Positions 1 through 13,373 are shown, numbered from the whole stretch's first letter. The stretch: DNA of 52,889 bases, filler included, from Porpidia crustulata (GCA_964255105.1; 4 parts of 4 records of this genome joined end to end with filler, not necessarily neighbours in it); one strand, 5' to 3'. Notes: a model not told the origin generated them from the letters alone. Program-made: numbers and translations.

Positions 1-2637
1 GGGGAGGGGCTGGGAGGAGATACGAAGGGAGGAGCTTGGATATCATATTTCATTGAATACGGAGGGAAGCGCTTGGATATCAATTTTTGTTAGACTGTTT
101 TGAGCTTTGATATTTCGATTGGAAACCTTTTTTCGATTCTAGCCACACCCATTCCCCCGCAAGCCACAAGCCACATACCCACAATCCATATATCTTTCGC
201 TCATTTCTCTTGTGTACTCGACACTGGTGTGGTATTCCAGTGGATCCGCTGGTTGGCGTTTTTGGTAGGTGGCTTTTAGTAGGGGCGGAGAAAAGGCGTC
301 TTGCCTGCATGAATGTCTATTGTGCTGCGCTGATGCGCTGAGGAGCATGCAGGAAATGAATGGATGATGAAGTTTGCGATACATCCGACCTCCCAAAACC
401 TTTCCTTCCCTTTCCCCCACTTTATACTCATTCGAGGAACTATACCCACGCTTAGATGGGGTTCCCGTTGTGCGATACCCATTAAATTCAGATTTGCATC
501 GATTCATCTTTCGAGATTCTGGCAATGCAGAGATAACAAGCGATGTTGAGAAACATTAGCAAAGTAGTCCATCCCTGACCATCCAACCTTCGCGTAGCTC
601 CACACCGTAGCCGCCGCACCTCGGCCCTTATGCAAGCCTTATCGTCGCGTCTGTCACGCGATGCTGCCACAGTTCTCCTGCTGGAGTACGATCGAAGATG
701 AACGGAATACGTTTATTCCGCATTGAGCAGGTGCAACTGCAAGCACCATAGGCCCATGTGATTTGACTATCAGAATGCTCGCTGGCTTTCGCGAGGCTTT
801 TTCCACATTTTGGATTCTTTTGCTGGGCTGTTCTGTAGATGTCGCCGTGGTTCGATGGTTGGTATGTCGGCTCAGGAGGCTCGAAGTCACCGTAAACAAC
901 CCGACGGGAAGCCATACTCTTAGGGGCCGAAGTTCAGAACCTTCTGTCTGCACATTGCATTTTCTGGGATTTGCTTAGGGTTGGTTTTCAGTTTAGTCAG
1001 TTGATGTGACATCACGCGCTAACCGTACTGGCACTTATCAGCTACCCACAGACCGGTTTGACTTATGGAAGCGTCTTTGTTTTGGTGATGCTGATGCTCG
1101 TAAGGTACTCTCTCGCATTTTCATTCCTTTGGGGGCGGTCCGCTAAGAGTTTCTTTGCAGCTTCTAGCGCGACCAGTATTCGATTCACTAAACTTGGTTG
1201 GGCGTCTTTGGGGGCCAGGGGACTAAGTGTTTCTTACCATTCCTCATGTAATTCAATACTTGTTAACCATTGCAATGGGCCGGCTCAAAGGAACAAGTCC
1301 ATGCATTGACTCGATGCTATTTCAATCTCTAAAGCTGCCTTCCCGCCGCAACAGAGCCGTGTTCTGAGCCGCTGACGTCGGTTGGGCATCCTCCCGGGAT
1401 TTCAGGAGGTCACACCAGTCGTTTGCAGTAAGGATGGGTCACTAGAGACCCAAATCGTGTTCAAAAGACGTCTCGCATTTGGACTCGAAAACGTCCCGAA
1501 AGACAGCACTCAATGCCATAGATGAGAGAGAGTACAAAGACAAAGCGACTCGATAAAAAATGACGAAGCCGGCTGAAAAGTGTCACCACTACCGTTGCTG
1601 GACAGTTTTCGATAGCGATGAGAAAAAGGATGCCCAGAATGTGTGACAACGATCGACGATGAGCGTGACAGGTGTTGACAAAGATCAATCTCAAAGAGTC
1701 TTTTTTGCCTTAGTAGTGAGGCTGACAGTAAGGCTGCCTCCCACACATGCGAGCCGTACCGTTGGTGAGATGTAGAAGAAGCATAGACTAAGGTCCATTT
1801 ACCACGAACAGAATTAGTCAAAACGTGGGTGAACGGGCCATGGCTGATATGGTATGAGAGGACCCTGAGTCTAAGCCCAATTTGCCTGTCATCTTCTGAA
1901 TTTATTCCGATGGCTTGGCCGCGCTGTGCCGTGGATCTCTATTTTTGTTTTGGGTGATCATTCCGGCGTTTCAGCGTGAGGCTGTTGTTACACTCCATAG
2001 TTCCGTTCGGCAGTATGCAGGTACCTTCGTGATGCTCTATTCATTGAAGTTTTTAACAGGCTACTCTGCCACTTTGCTTTTGGACCGTCTTGCTTCTTCG
2101 ATTTTAATACCGGTATGAAATTTCCAGCATCTTCTGCGTCGACATCTAGGCGAATCGTCCAATGAAATTGTCTCAGGCTACTCTGCTGACATCTTGTCTG
2201 CTGGATGTCCCTGCGTTGGTCTAGGACTTTGGCAAAATGGTGAGAAACATGGATGTTGACAATTATTGGACTTGGTTTTTTAATTTCATTCGCATGTCTC
2301 ATCATTGTGGTGGCGAGAATCGAGAGCTGGCCCTTCAGGCTCAGTCCTAACAACGAAATAATAAACGTGATTTGTCGTTGTGCCTCGTCCTTCCAACATG
2401 ATGGCGATGCTTTCAAAAGACTGTTTGCTTGTCTCGCTTCTCCGCTTCCCAGATAATACCTGAAAATGTCGTTACGAGTGATGCCTTTGAATAGGCCTAC
2501 ACTCGTGACCCCTCGAAACTACGCCGGCTGCTGGTTTCTTGATCGACCGCATCGGTTGATACTCACTCATATGTATTGTAGCGGGCAGTCTGTGCAAACT
2601 TTTTATCACATCATGCACATATTTCATTATACTCGGC

Positions 2638-3348
2638 TCACTGACAACCCTCGAGCATCTTCTTCAAGACTCCAACCAGTGTACCATTCTCAAGTGCTGC
2701 CGCCACCCGCTCTTTGTCTCCTAGTTGTCGATTTACCTGCTCGGCTGTACTGTGAGTTCCCTCTTTAATCCTGACGTCTACTCGGAATCTTGGCGGAAGA
2801 GATTGTTCAAGGCGCACTCGCACACCCAGGCCAATGACGGTTGCCAGGGAACAATGCGTAATGGTGGGGGTGATAAGCACAGTGAGAGTGGTCAAATTAG
2901 TGGTGGGAGATGGTGTAAGGTAGATATCCGGAAGGTTTACAACGGACAAAGAACCAAGGGTCAGCGGATGTTCCGGGTCAGCGATAGGGGCAATGAGATC
3001 TGCCACAATTGTTAATTAGATGAGGCGAAAATTTCGAAACGCTTTGAGCTGGCCGGAGGAGTTGAGACATGTAGATAAGGAGTCATGTTTAGGTAAAAAG
3101 ATTGAGAACGCAGTACCATAAATCTCTTGCTCATCGATGGGATCGGCCAAATCATCCTCAGAATCTGAAGTCTGTGGATCGGATATAGCTGGCGAGAATG
3201 GGTCTGGTAGGTAGGCAGATGCAGGTACGGTGCTCGCAAATAGACCCAAAGGGGACTTGCTTGAAGTCTGAGATGACAACTGCCGTCGACGGCTTGGGAG
3301 GTCAGAAGCGTTCCGAATGGTGGGGTTGGCGTTCAAGACTTCGGACAT
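2638..3348 (-). CDS. CIA2: MIP18/FAM96 family cytosolic Fe-S assembly protein (2 exons: 3348-3117, 2999-2638)
   Basis: Spliced product ...IDEQEIY/DLIAPIADPEHPLTLGSLSVV...TPTITHCSLATVIGL...QLGDKERVAAALEN matches the MIP18/FAM96B signature; GTACTG...CAG intron at 3116-3000 joins the frames. Confidence 0.95.
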
Positions 3349-4280
3349 TGTTCGAAGACTTTAGACAAGATAGATATTGAAATCAAAAGGGTCTGAGATA
3401 TGTCTATGCGCGCGAGTGGTGGGGTGTTGCTATGTAGAGAATATGCTATGCATGGCTAAACTTGTATCAACGTGCGAAAGATTTCGCGAATGCTCGCTAA
3501 TCGATAGGACGTCGTTCGTTGATGTCATGAGCCCCTCGTCGCCCCTCACTCAGTTCCTCGGTCCAGCAATCATACCCATGCACCCACCCGTATGGAATAA
3601 CACAATGCCTATTGATCAATCTATGAACATCAGTCGTATCATACGACATGCGTTATCATGCATGATACCTGTCAAGCTGCAAACCATTGGACAAGTTCAG
3701 CAATGAGAATAACCAAATACGCTTCACAGCCTCACCAGTGGTTTGAGTTGCACCTCGCAGGGGAGTACGGTACATGTGGGAAATAAATCCGGGCTGAGCT
3801 CCGTTGGAAGACTGCCCCCAACGCCCCCACGCCGGTACCTGAAGCTACCTCCTTTACTCCACTGTGTTCCTGATAAGATCAAGGGCATCTGTCAGTACCT
3901 ACTCAGTACTCCAGTAATCACAAATCGCTTTAAACTTCAAACAGTGGTTCAACTGTGCGTTCCACAACCATCACAAATACAAACCGCAACTCGGATCGAC
4001 AAGATCATGTCTGATCCTGCGAATCCGCCTTGCCCCTGATGTCTGAGCAGACAATTGGAAAGAGCAAGTGCGCAACAATGGAGACGTGCAGTATATCTGC
4101 GATAGCAAACAATCGCAATTGTCCATTGGATAAATTACCAACAAGAACCGCCGCCCACCTTGTATGCAGCACAGATTCCATCACTTGGACGAGCATCCCG
4201 GCGTGTGCAGAGTGCTGCAGACGTCCCTGAGCCAGGGACACAGTTGGTGGCGTTCGGGATCAGCCAGGCTTAGGCGATCT

Positions 4281-4307
4281 CCCTTCTTTCCCTTCTTTCC
4301 CTTCTTT
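4281..4307 (+). repeat. Tandem repeat (CCCTTCTTT)x3 in a pyrimidine-rich tract
   Basis: Directly visible: cccttcttt cccttcttt cccttcttt. Confidence 0.8.
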
Positions 4308-6225
4308 CTTTCCTTCTCTTCCTGTTCTTCTCCAGGTTATTGCGCTTCTAGACTAGACTAGAATGATCCTTTGTGCAGAGCAGGTCGTGCAGGTGTGGCC
4401 TGGTTACCACACAGCCAGGCTACCAGATACCGTACCGTTATGCTACTGCACCATGATTTGTTCAGGAGAAGTGTGGCACAACGAGTCTCTCCTGCCCAAC
4501 ATGAAATTACCTATATCTTGCATTACTATTGGTCATGTGTACAAATGGGATGGATACCTGGGGCAGCCTTAGTGCTCGTCTATTCTTGTCCTCGGTATCG
4601 CCTGTCAACGTTCGATACCAGGACCCATCAGAAGCCTGCAACATACGGACGTACTCCGTTCCATGACATCTATCAATCTGCGAACCGAGGTGGTGATACA
4701 CGGATACTCTGTTATCATTTCTACGATGAGACAATTGCCGCATCCTTTTTGGTGCTGCATTGTATGTGTCCATTGTATTATTTTTGTTCGTGAGCGGTCT
4801 GTAGCCGAAGAACGAGTAGGGCATTCTCTTTGGCTGCGGAACATCGACTAAGGAACCGGCAAGCCAAGATGATCTACCAGGGATTACTAGATGTCTAAGA
4901 CGTTTCTTAAATTTATATTACTGTTCCCTAATCTTGTCAGCCATTGATAGATTACTTGTCACAGCTTGCAGTTTGGCAGGCGCAGTTCATTGGGTGTCAG
5001 TCATGGAATTGCTCCAGGCATGGATTGCTCCTACTCCACCTGCTGAGGGGACCACCCTGCCTTTTCTGCCCACACAGCTCTCTAATCTGATGCGACCCTG
5101 CGATCTTGATCGTAGTAGCTTTAGCAGCGATGAAAGGCGAATTAAGTGTCCCAAGTTGATCATCCTCCAGTCAGCCTGTCAAGGGGAAAGACATAAGGTA
5201 TCCAGGCACGCCAGGTTATAAGAACCAGGGTGGCCTCCTTTTCTTCAGGATGGTATTCAATTTCGTTGCACTGCCTACCTGAGGGCCATCACAGGAGTAA
5301 TCAACGCACACAATTATCAATGTGATTACGATCATGATTTAGTTGAAACACTCTGACAATCTATTCCCTTGGCCTCCAAGTATATCTACGCCTAGTCGTG
5401 GTACGAATATAGCGGTCAATCAATTCGAACAGCTTCGACAGAAGAACTGCCACCCTTAACTACGACGTATCTACCCCGCGCCGCACAAACATAAAGTACC
5501 AAAAGCGCTACCTTTACTCATTATCGTCCAATTCCTACATGAGCTTGCGCTCCGCCTGTTCCTTCATGCCCATGCTGTTCTGTGCCGTCCTCTGCGACAA
5601 GTACCAAGCTTCTGACCTACCATTGTCGACTGTGCATTCCAGCAACATATCGACCAAGTCATCGCACAGCTGCATGCCTATGCGCACCACCAGCTTCACA
5701 TCCTGAGCTCTTGACAAATCTGCCGGACCCCACTGTTATTACAGATCAAGAGATAAGATAGGAAGTGGACGAAGAGCCCCAAACAGAACCCGATACATAC
5801 ATCGTTCTACGTCTGCCTTACCGGACTTCTTCCAGAAGAGGGCATTTTCCCCGACCTGTACCTTACATACTATATTTGGGAACGCATATTGCTGCTTAAT
5901 AGCTGTTCACATATTTTGTCCGGCTTGTCTCACTTCTTCATCAATACAGAAAATACCCATTCCACGGACCCAAAGGGCTGTTCTGGACCACCGCGCTTCA
6001 TCGCTCTACCTCTCTGGTCGTAAAGAATTCGAATTCGAACCTCTTTCGAATCATCTAACAGCCTCGAGCTCGTCTTCATCCCCATCTGGCACTCGGTGTG
6101 GAGACCCACAGGCTTCATTAACCCTAACGAACTTTCATAACTCGTGCTTACGACGCATGCCTGTGCCTTATCCACCGACAAACTCTTGAGCGCGGGCACA
6201 ATACTGGGAGCCAAATAGCTCTTGG

Positions 6226-9200
6226 ATGATCAGCACCCCAGATACCAGGCCTTTACTGCCATACGAATCCGAAATGCAAACTTTCTCTTTCACGCCTCCT
6301 AACATGGGGCTTGGCGATAGCAAGAAAAGTGTGTTCATCTGGACCGATGATGGTTATGTTGGTGTTTCAGCGTGCTAATTCGCGGCCTAGACTATGTCTT
6401 TGTTGACGAACATAACCGCCATAAACGACTCAAGGGTATTCTCTCCCGCATCAGCTTACAAATTTTCCGTAGGCTAACAACCTCTGTAGTCATGAGAGCT
6501 TGCGAAGGATGCAGGCGAAGGAAAATCAAATGTGACGCTGCTACGACCAACGCGTGGCCCTGCGCCGCGTGTGTAAGACTCAAACTGCACTGCGTACCAC
6601 CTACAGTGAATTACGATCGTACTCACAACGGAGGTGGCCAACTCTCGGGACTCGAAAGGGTCTTGGACTTTGACAATTCCAGCGGCAGTGGAGAGGATGA
6701 ATATGGCCAGCATGTGGGTGCACCTCAAGTCTTTGAGCTCGGAAACCCTTCAGGACAGATGCACGTTTCCCAAATCCCCTTCGACGATGCCCTCGGAGTT
6801 TTCCACACTCCACCATATTCCGACAGAGCTCTGAGCCACAACGATTTCAGCACCTACGAAGAGATACCCCCAATGCCTGCATCGTTCCCGGACCAAACTA
6901 CCTACCAAACCCCCATCGGTACCTCGATCCCGCCTACCACCGGTATGGCCGTCTGGCAAGAGGAGCAGCAGCCCATAGGCGAGCTCTCGGATGTTATGGG
7001 AGAGCTTAAGATTGATGAGAACGGTATAGGTATGCGCTCAGAATGGCGACCACGTTTGATGTGTGTACCTAATAAACTTTAGCTCCATATATCTCACAGC
7101 AAAAAAAGAGCCTTGCCGAGGCGCCCGCACTTGAAGAGTTTGAAGTGAAACTACCTTCAATTGTCACGGGCTCTGGTTCGACCGTTCGAATTCCCCCCGA
7201 GCTCATGCCCTCAGAGGAGCAATGTATGGAGTGGTTTGACATATTCTTCACGCATGTTCATCCATACGTGCCGGTAATTAGCAAGCCATATTTCTATCAG
7301 CAGTGGCGCACAAACCGCCGATCGATTTCGCCTCTCATACTGGAAGCAATTTTCGCGTGCGCAGGAAGGATGTCTGACGATGCTGCACAAGGAGCTCAGT
7401 GGTTGGCCTTGGCGTCAAGTAAGCGTGGAAATGCGAGCCCAGTCCACACAAATATTAATCTGCAACTTAGAGCATGAGGACTGCTTCATGGACGTCCCGA
7501 GACTCAGTACTATCCAGGCTCTTTTACTACTGTTGAAGGCGCGAGAGTCGGCCCCAAAACGAGGGTATTACTATCGGTCTTGGATGACTGTCAAGACTCT
7601 TGTCACGCTGGCGAAGGATCTCGAGCTTCACCTTCACTACGGCGAACACCAAGAAGGCCGTGACTGCGGTGCTGACCCAACTGAATGTTTGATTAAAACA
7701 CGAATCTGGCAAATCATCTTTGTTTGCGAGATGATGATAGGCGGCCCACAAGGTAGGTCTTTGGATCCTCGTCCATTGTATTCAGAATCCTAATTTGCGG
7801 CAGGCCGCACTGACATGGGCGTTGATCCGGAGACTGTGGATTTCAGCATTGAGCGACCGTCCCCTAGTATCGACGCATCCGATTATCAAGTATCTAGGCA
7901 GTTCACCTACTTTGCGAGAAATGTAAAGAACGTACGGAACATGAGCGATCTAGTCACAAGGATCAAAAAACAGAAAGACTGGGCGTCAGACCCAACATTC
8001 ATTAGTCTCAATCCGGCTGTAATGAAATGGCTCGACGATCTTCCTAGTGACCTCCGTGTCACCTTTCCCGAAGGAGACGCACCTCCTTGGCTCCCAAGTC
8101 ATTTCGTGGGAAATATGCATGCATACTACCACCTCAATATTATCATGCTTCACCGACCACAATTAATGTCTTCTAATTCATTCTCCGCCGGTGGGACCTG
8201 GAAGCAACACATGACACTGTGCTATAATTCCGCCAAAGCCATGTGCAGGTTGCAAGCGGCAGTCTATCAAACCTTTGGCCTGCCGGGGCTGTTGTGCATG
8301 CAACGCGGCATCAATTTCGTAATCTACTCGATCCTGACCTGTACCATGATCCACCTGGTAAGTTCTTAAATTGCTGTTCATTTCGTATAGAGTTGTTCTC
8401 ACGATAGTCTAGGTTGCTATTACTTCACCGGACCCAGACTTCAACACCGATGCGAGAGAATATTTCGCTCGTCACATGCGTATCTTGGAACAGTGCACTG
8501 ATGCGTGGCCTATACCCGAAATGCAAACGCAGATCGATGCTCTGCGGGAAGCCTTCTCCGCTGACACGACCAAGGCGTTTGCACTGAAAGCCAGTTTCCC
8601 TTATGGAAGCCCTGGTACAGCTTTGAGGACGAGTCCCCCTCTCGACGTGAAATATCAACACCATACTCTCAACCGCGAACTGTCTCGTGAACAGACTCAT
8701 CAAATTCAGTACAATGCTCGGCCCTTGACGCCACCAATGACTGCAGGTCTTGACGACGGCAAGGACAGGCCGACGACAATGATGGTAAATGGTCATCAAC
8801 AGCCAATGAGGGTGGCCCCCAATTCGATTGGAAGTGACCAATTGCAGTGGAACCCAACAAGGATCTTTGAGTATGGACCCGAGAAGAAAACTAAGGTAAC
8901 ACCAGAGACTGACAAGTCTGACAGTCAATGGAACACCGCTTTCGGTAATACGAGTACAATAATGCCAACGACGACCCCAATGCCGGAGCCGTCACCACCG
9001 TTGTACACCGCATCATCGGTGACCTCACAAGACCTACCTCATCTGCAGGATGCGATGCAGCAGAATTCGTATCAGATGTCGACAAGTATGGCGCCGTTGT
9101 CACAACTACCACCTCGGTCAATATCGATACCTCGTACACCATCGTACACGAGTACTGGCCCGAATTTTGTGACGCCCGGTATGTGGCGCGACACTGTGGC

Positions 9201-9291
9201 AAGTACTTACGATCCGGGAGGATTGAAAAGACGATGGGACGTAGAAACATCGTATCTCATCGATCCCACGCAGAACAAGCGCGTAAGATGA
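6226..9291 (+). CDS. Zn(II)2Cys6 binuclear cluster transcription factor with Fungal_trans middle homology region (8 exons)
   Basis: RACEGCRRRKIKCDAATTNAWPCAACVRLKLHC cluster; FFTHVHPYVPVI and LSTIQALLLL MHR motifs; introns 6329-6390, 6436-6489, 7030-7082, 7419-7470, 7753-7803, 8358-8412, 8871-8924 keep frame; start ATG 6226 or in-frame 6274. Confidence 0.93.
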
Positions 9292-9902
9292 ATCGGGGTC
9301 AGCAAAAGTGTTCTAATGGTGTTCAAGGCTATCATGAAAGTCACGAGAAACAGGAGTAATGAGGTGGCGGATGTACCAGTAATTGGGTTCCTGGCGTTTG
9401 CTGGACTAGGCCTCGACTGTTAATTTGTATAACCCGGCGAAGGTAGCGATCTGTACAACAAAACTACTTTCTGGACGACTTCGTCCAGGACCGGGTTAAT
9501 GGTTGATGTCGTATGTAAGCGTAGAACTTTACAAATATTTCACTTTGGGAGGCACTAGCACACATCATCTTGCGTCGTGATATCAACCTTGAAATGCCAC
9601 AAAAATTGTGGCTGAGGGTTTTTGGGGTTACTCATGGTTTGCAATGACGACTCGAGAAGCTTCTGTGAGCAGACTGCACCAAGTCTTCCTCGATTCAATG
9701 CCTCAAGATCATGGAAAATGCACCACACCCAAAGCATCACGTAGCCGATAGGGCATGTCGGAGAGTACATCCATTTTAATCCATCAATGCCATAAACAAC
9801 CTGAAATTGCGTAGTTCTCCACGACGGTTTTCCTACTCGTTGGCCAGGGATTCCGACGCCGCCACATGAAACCAACTCTGACACGATCAGCGGTCAACAG
9901 TG

Positions 9903-10419
9903 TCATCGATCCCTGTCTCCACCAATTCGCTCCAGGGCCTGAACAGAAAGCATTCGTCAGCACATAAGTGCAGTAAACCAGCTTTCTCGCTTCTAATCGC
10001 GAGCAGTTCTTCACGTACCTCGAGCATGACCACTGAATTTCCACGAATGACCTTTGCGTGCTCGTTAGTATTCCTCCAGCCAAGCCATTCTTGATAGGGA
10101 GGGTCTCGTACCACCATCCCAATCCTCACTTTCTCTCCGCCCGCCTTCTCTTCAACGGCATCGTCTAGAACTATATTCAGGAACACCTAGAAGTCCAGGT
10201 TCAGCAAATCTTTTGTGCTGCAATAAGATGTTGGAGCAGGTTTTGGGTGCAGAGGCGCGTACATCGTATCCGCGAAGAACGCCTATTACTTTTCGGCTGC
10301 CGTTCAGTTGAACAAAGAGTCGCTTGTCGAGATACTAGATGGCTAGATTAGCAAATGCTATTGTGATACAGCGAGGACATTTCAACAACCTTCTTAAGCT
10401 CTGGTTGAGCTTGCGGCAT
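9903..10419 (-). CDS. SMX2: Small nuclear ribonucleoprotein SmG (5 exons)
   Basis: Spliced MPQAQPELKK/YLDKRLFVQLNGSRKVIGVLRGYD/VFLNIVLDDAVEEKAGGEKVRIGMV/VIRGNSVVMLE/ALERIGGDRDR*; Sm1 and Sm2 motifs; exons 10419-10390, 10334-10263, 10186-10112, 10051-10019, 9938-9903. Confidence 0.96.
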
Positions 10420-10645
10420 GACGAGATTAGAGTGGTTGATGTTGATGTGGCTGGCTATAAGATTCTGGGGAGCTTTGTGTGAGCAGGGGTGTGCGGAGGT
10501 TGCTAGTGCGGCTCTGTAGATTTGCAGTGGCGCGATGTCACTCACCGAAACACGTCAATGAGATTCTGTGCAGTTTTGGAAAAGCTCCCCTATCGGCCAT
10601 ATGATCATCAGAACACCGTGTTGAATGATCTCACCTGTACAAGTA

Positions 10646-11985
10646 ATGCAATCATCATTCGCTGCGAGACGCAGGCCTAGAAGAGTAGGACAGGAGGATG
10701 AGGATGATGGCAGTGGGGACGTTCCAATGCAAGACCCATCAAGTGATGAACAAGGTAAGTCCGACTCGACCAATTGAAAATGTACCATTCTGATGTCTGG
10801 AGTAGTAAAGAACTGACTCCTTGTCCAGGCAGTATCCCGTATGCGGTTCGACCATCCAAAGTATCTACAAAACCAAAGAAGAGTTCTTCACTTCGGAACT
10901 CCTTTGGGCTAGGAGGAACCTCCATGCTCGAAGATGACGATGGTCCTTCAGTGGTTGTGTTTACCCCCAAGAAATCAAACCTTAGTAGACAAGCCGTCGA
11001 AAAGAACGCTCTCCGAAAATCTCTGGTCTCCTCCCTTCCGTCAGAGCATCTCCCATTCCGTCAAACAGAGGAGCGGCCCAATTACAGCAAAGACTACCTA
11101 GATGAGCTCAAAACATCGACCCCGTCAACCCCAAAGGACCTGAAATCACTTTCCGGCGTTGAGGATGGGCAGGGCCAGGCACTTGACCTTGCTGCGAAGT
11201 TTGGGTCAGACTTAGGGTCAAGAAAGAATGCTGCCATTCCGACAGATGCAGAGATTAAAGAGAAGAAAGAGCGGCGAGCACGTCTTGCCAAGGAAGAGGA
11301 GTATATCAATCTAAGTGATGACGAAGACGAAAGCAACGAGGTTTCCCTCCTCCCTCGAAAACAAAGGCCCGAGACCCGGCTTGTTCGCGATGATGAGGAA
11401 ATTGCTGAAGGCTTTGACGAGTTCGTCGATGATGGACGTATAGCTCTCGGAAAGAAGGCTGCACGGGAACAGAAGAAAAAGCAGGCAGCGCAAATGCGAG
11501 AGCTCATAAACGAAGCAGAAGGATCCTCAGATGAAGATAGCGACGACTCCGAAGCCGAGCGTAAAGCTGCCTACGAAGCCGCGCAAACTCGCGCTGGCAT
11601 GGACGGTCTGCACAAGGAAGGTCCCTACGGAAAACCCCGGCGCCCAAAGACCCCACCACGAATCACCCCGCTTCCGACTCTTACGGCCTGCTTAGAGCGC
11701 CTGCAGGCCAATCTGGCCAGCATGCAATACACAAAAATGCAGAAGATCAAGCGCATGGACGAGCTGCAGCGTGAGAAGGCTGATATCGCGGTCCGAGAGG
11801 AAGAGATCCAGAGATTGCTGAAAGAGGCGGGGAAGAACTATGAGAAGTTAAGGGCTGAAGCTGGGCTTGCGGACGGCGAACATCCAAATGGGCAGAGGAT
11901 GATTGGGGATGGGACGGGTACACCTGGTAGGGGTCTAGAGAGCATGGGAAACACGCCTGTTGCGTCGGCGGGGAGGACCCCTTGA
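10646..11985 (+). CDS. NTR2: Nineteen complex-related protein 2 (NTR2) domain protein (2 exons)
   Basis: MQSSFAARRRPRRVG N-terminus; GTAAGT...CAG intron 10755-10828; YSKDYLDELKTSTPSTP, IPTDAEIKEKKERRARL and TRLVRDDEEIAEGFDEFVDDG motifs recognised as fungal NTR2 family. Confidence 0.8.
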
Positions 11986-12622
11986 TCCATTCAAAGCTTG
12001 AAAGATGCACCATTCACAGACGGATTACTAAATACCCACTTGAAGCCAGCTAGCGCTCGATGAACGCTATTTGATCGCTGCAGACTCCTTATTTATGTCA
12101 CTCACAAACACGGTAGATGGCCAGCTTTCGCGATTTGGGCCAGTACTACCGTGGTCTACCTTTCGGAACCTTGCTGCACTCAGATGGCCGGCTCAGGAGC
12201 CTTCCGCCCACCAAACGACAACGATGTCTTCGAGGATTCGCCAAGTGCGCGGCCGCAAGAATTTCAAGGAGCCGTTGAACTCTCTAACGCTTGCAACCTT
12301 TTTCGATGCAGTAGAGAACAAGTCCATAAGCGATTGGGCATCCGGGCATAAGGCCAATGCATGGGATTTTAATGGACTGCGGAAAGGAATAATGAAAAGT
12401 CAGCTCGGATGAATAGAGGTGGCATTGGGTTGGGGGGTTGGTTCACAAAGTCGAGGTGGCTTTGGCGAAATAGTGCTATTGAGTGATTGATACATTGAAC
12501 CCGAATGCTTAGGAAAGATTTATGATATCTGTCTGACCGGGAAGCTCAAGAGCGGTCTTCGCATGGCTGTATGTTACCAATAGTATCATACCACCTAGGA
12601 CCCCAAACCTCCAATTACGCCA

Positions 12623-13159
12623 TCACAAATAACTCCCCTTCTGAAACCTCGTCCCAAAATCTTTCGCCCGGCTCAACATTTCCCTCTTCTGCGCATGCCC
12701 GATCTTCACCCCCAGCCCCACATCCTTCTCCTTATCAAACGCCCGCGCGCTCGGATCGTCCTCTTCCTCCTTGGGCCCGGCCGACTTGTGCTCAGCGTAC
12801 AGGCTCGCGCCCCGGTTCCTCCCGTTGTACTCCCTGATCCGCCTCTCCGTCTCCCTCGCCTCGGCATCCTTTGCCGCCGCGCGCGGATCGCCGACCGACG
12901 ACGGGCCCATCTGCGCGGGTTTCTTGACCCCCATGACCTCGTCCGCCAGCCTCTGCCGTTTCTGATCCGGCGTCTCGGTCCAGAGGGCGTTGTCCGCGGC
13001 GGCACTGCCTTTGGGAGCGGCGGGCGCTTTGGAGCCTTTGCCGGTGTTGAATTTGCGATTGCGGAGTTTGGTCGGGTCGACGCGGGCGGTCCAGTCGTCT
13101 TGTTGGGGGGGGACGAGCATCCACTCTTCGCGCTGGGGTTTCTTGGATGCGGCGAGGGT
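12623..13159 (-). CDS. DUF3752 / GPALPP1-like protein, 5' end lost in gap
   Basis: REEWMLVPP...WTETPDQKRQRLADEVMG...SLYAEH...EDDPSARAFDKEKD...RFQKGSYL C-terminal pattern of DUF3752. Confidence 0.82.
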   Translation of the reverse strand, partial: TLAASKKPQREEWMLVPPQQDDWTARVDPTKLRNRKFNTGKGSKAPAAPKGSAAADNALWTETPDQKRQRLADEVMGVKKPAQMGPSSVGDPRAAAKDAEARETERRIREYNGRNRGASLYAEHKSAGPKEEEDDPSARAFDKEKDVGLGVKIGHAQKREMLSRAKDFGTRFQKGSYL

Positions 13160-13259
13160 NNNNNNNNNNNNNNNNNNNNNNNNNNNNNNNNNNNNNNNNN
13201 NNNTTAATTAATTAANNNNNNNNNNNNNNNNNNNNNNNNNNNNNNNNNNNNNNNNNNNN
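13160..13259. other. Artificial assembly spacer: 44 N + TTAATTAATTAA + 44 N
   Basis: Exact 100-nt structure repeated three times in the window; the 12-mer gives stops in all six frames. Confidence 0.97.
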
Positions 13260-13373
13260 GAGGAGACGATGGGGAAGGGGCTGTTCAAATTCGTGCGGTA
13301 CGAGCGCAGCAATGATGTGGTGCGTGCGGCGGAGAGCAGCGTCAGCTACGCCAGCGCCTTTGCCGTCATGTAG
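13260..13373 (+). CDS. C-terminal fragment of an unidentified gene truncated by the gap (...EETMGKGLFKFVRYERSNDVVRAAESSVSYASAFAVM*)
   Basis: Open frame from the gap edge to TAG 13371-13373 with strongly G/C-ending codons. Confidence 0.6.
   Translation, partial: EETMGKGLFKFVRYERSNDVVRAAESSVSYASAFAVM

Noticed and set aside
80..2460. Short ORFs at the window start (e.g. 628-915 and 1988-2416, minus strand)
   Set aside because: No recognisable domain and no consistent spliced model; may be decayed sequence but cannot be supported
6118..6130. TAACCCTAAC as a telomerase RNA template
   Set aside because: Only ~100 nt upstream of a protein-coding start on the same strand, leaving no room for a long telomerase RNA; no pseudoknot or CR4/5 seen
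13204..13215. TTAATTAATTAA repeated three times (also 26456-26467 and 39699-39710) as a biological repeat
   Set aside because: Always centred in exactly 44 N on each side; it is a six-frame stop linker added in scaffolding. True gap sizes and adjacency across spacers are unverified; the first gap must hide the 5' ends of two genes
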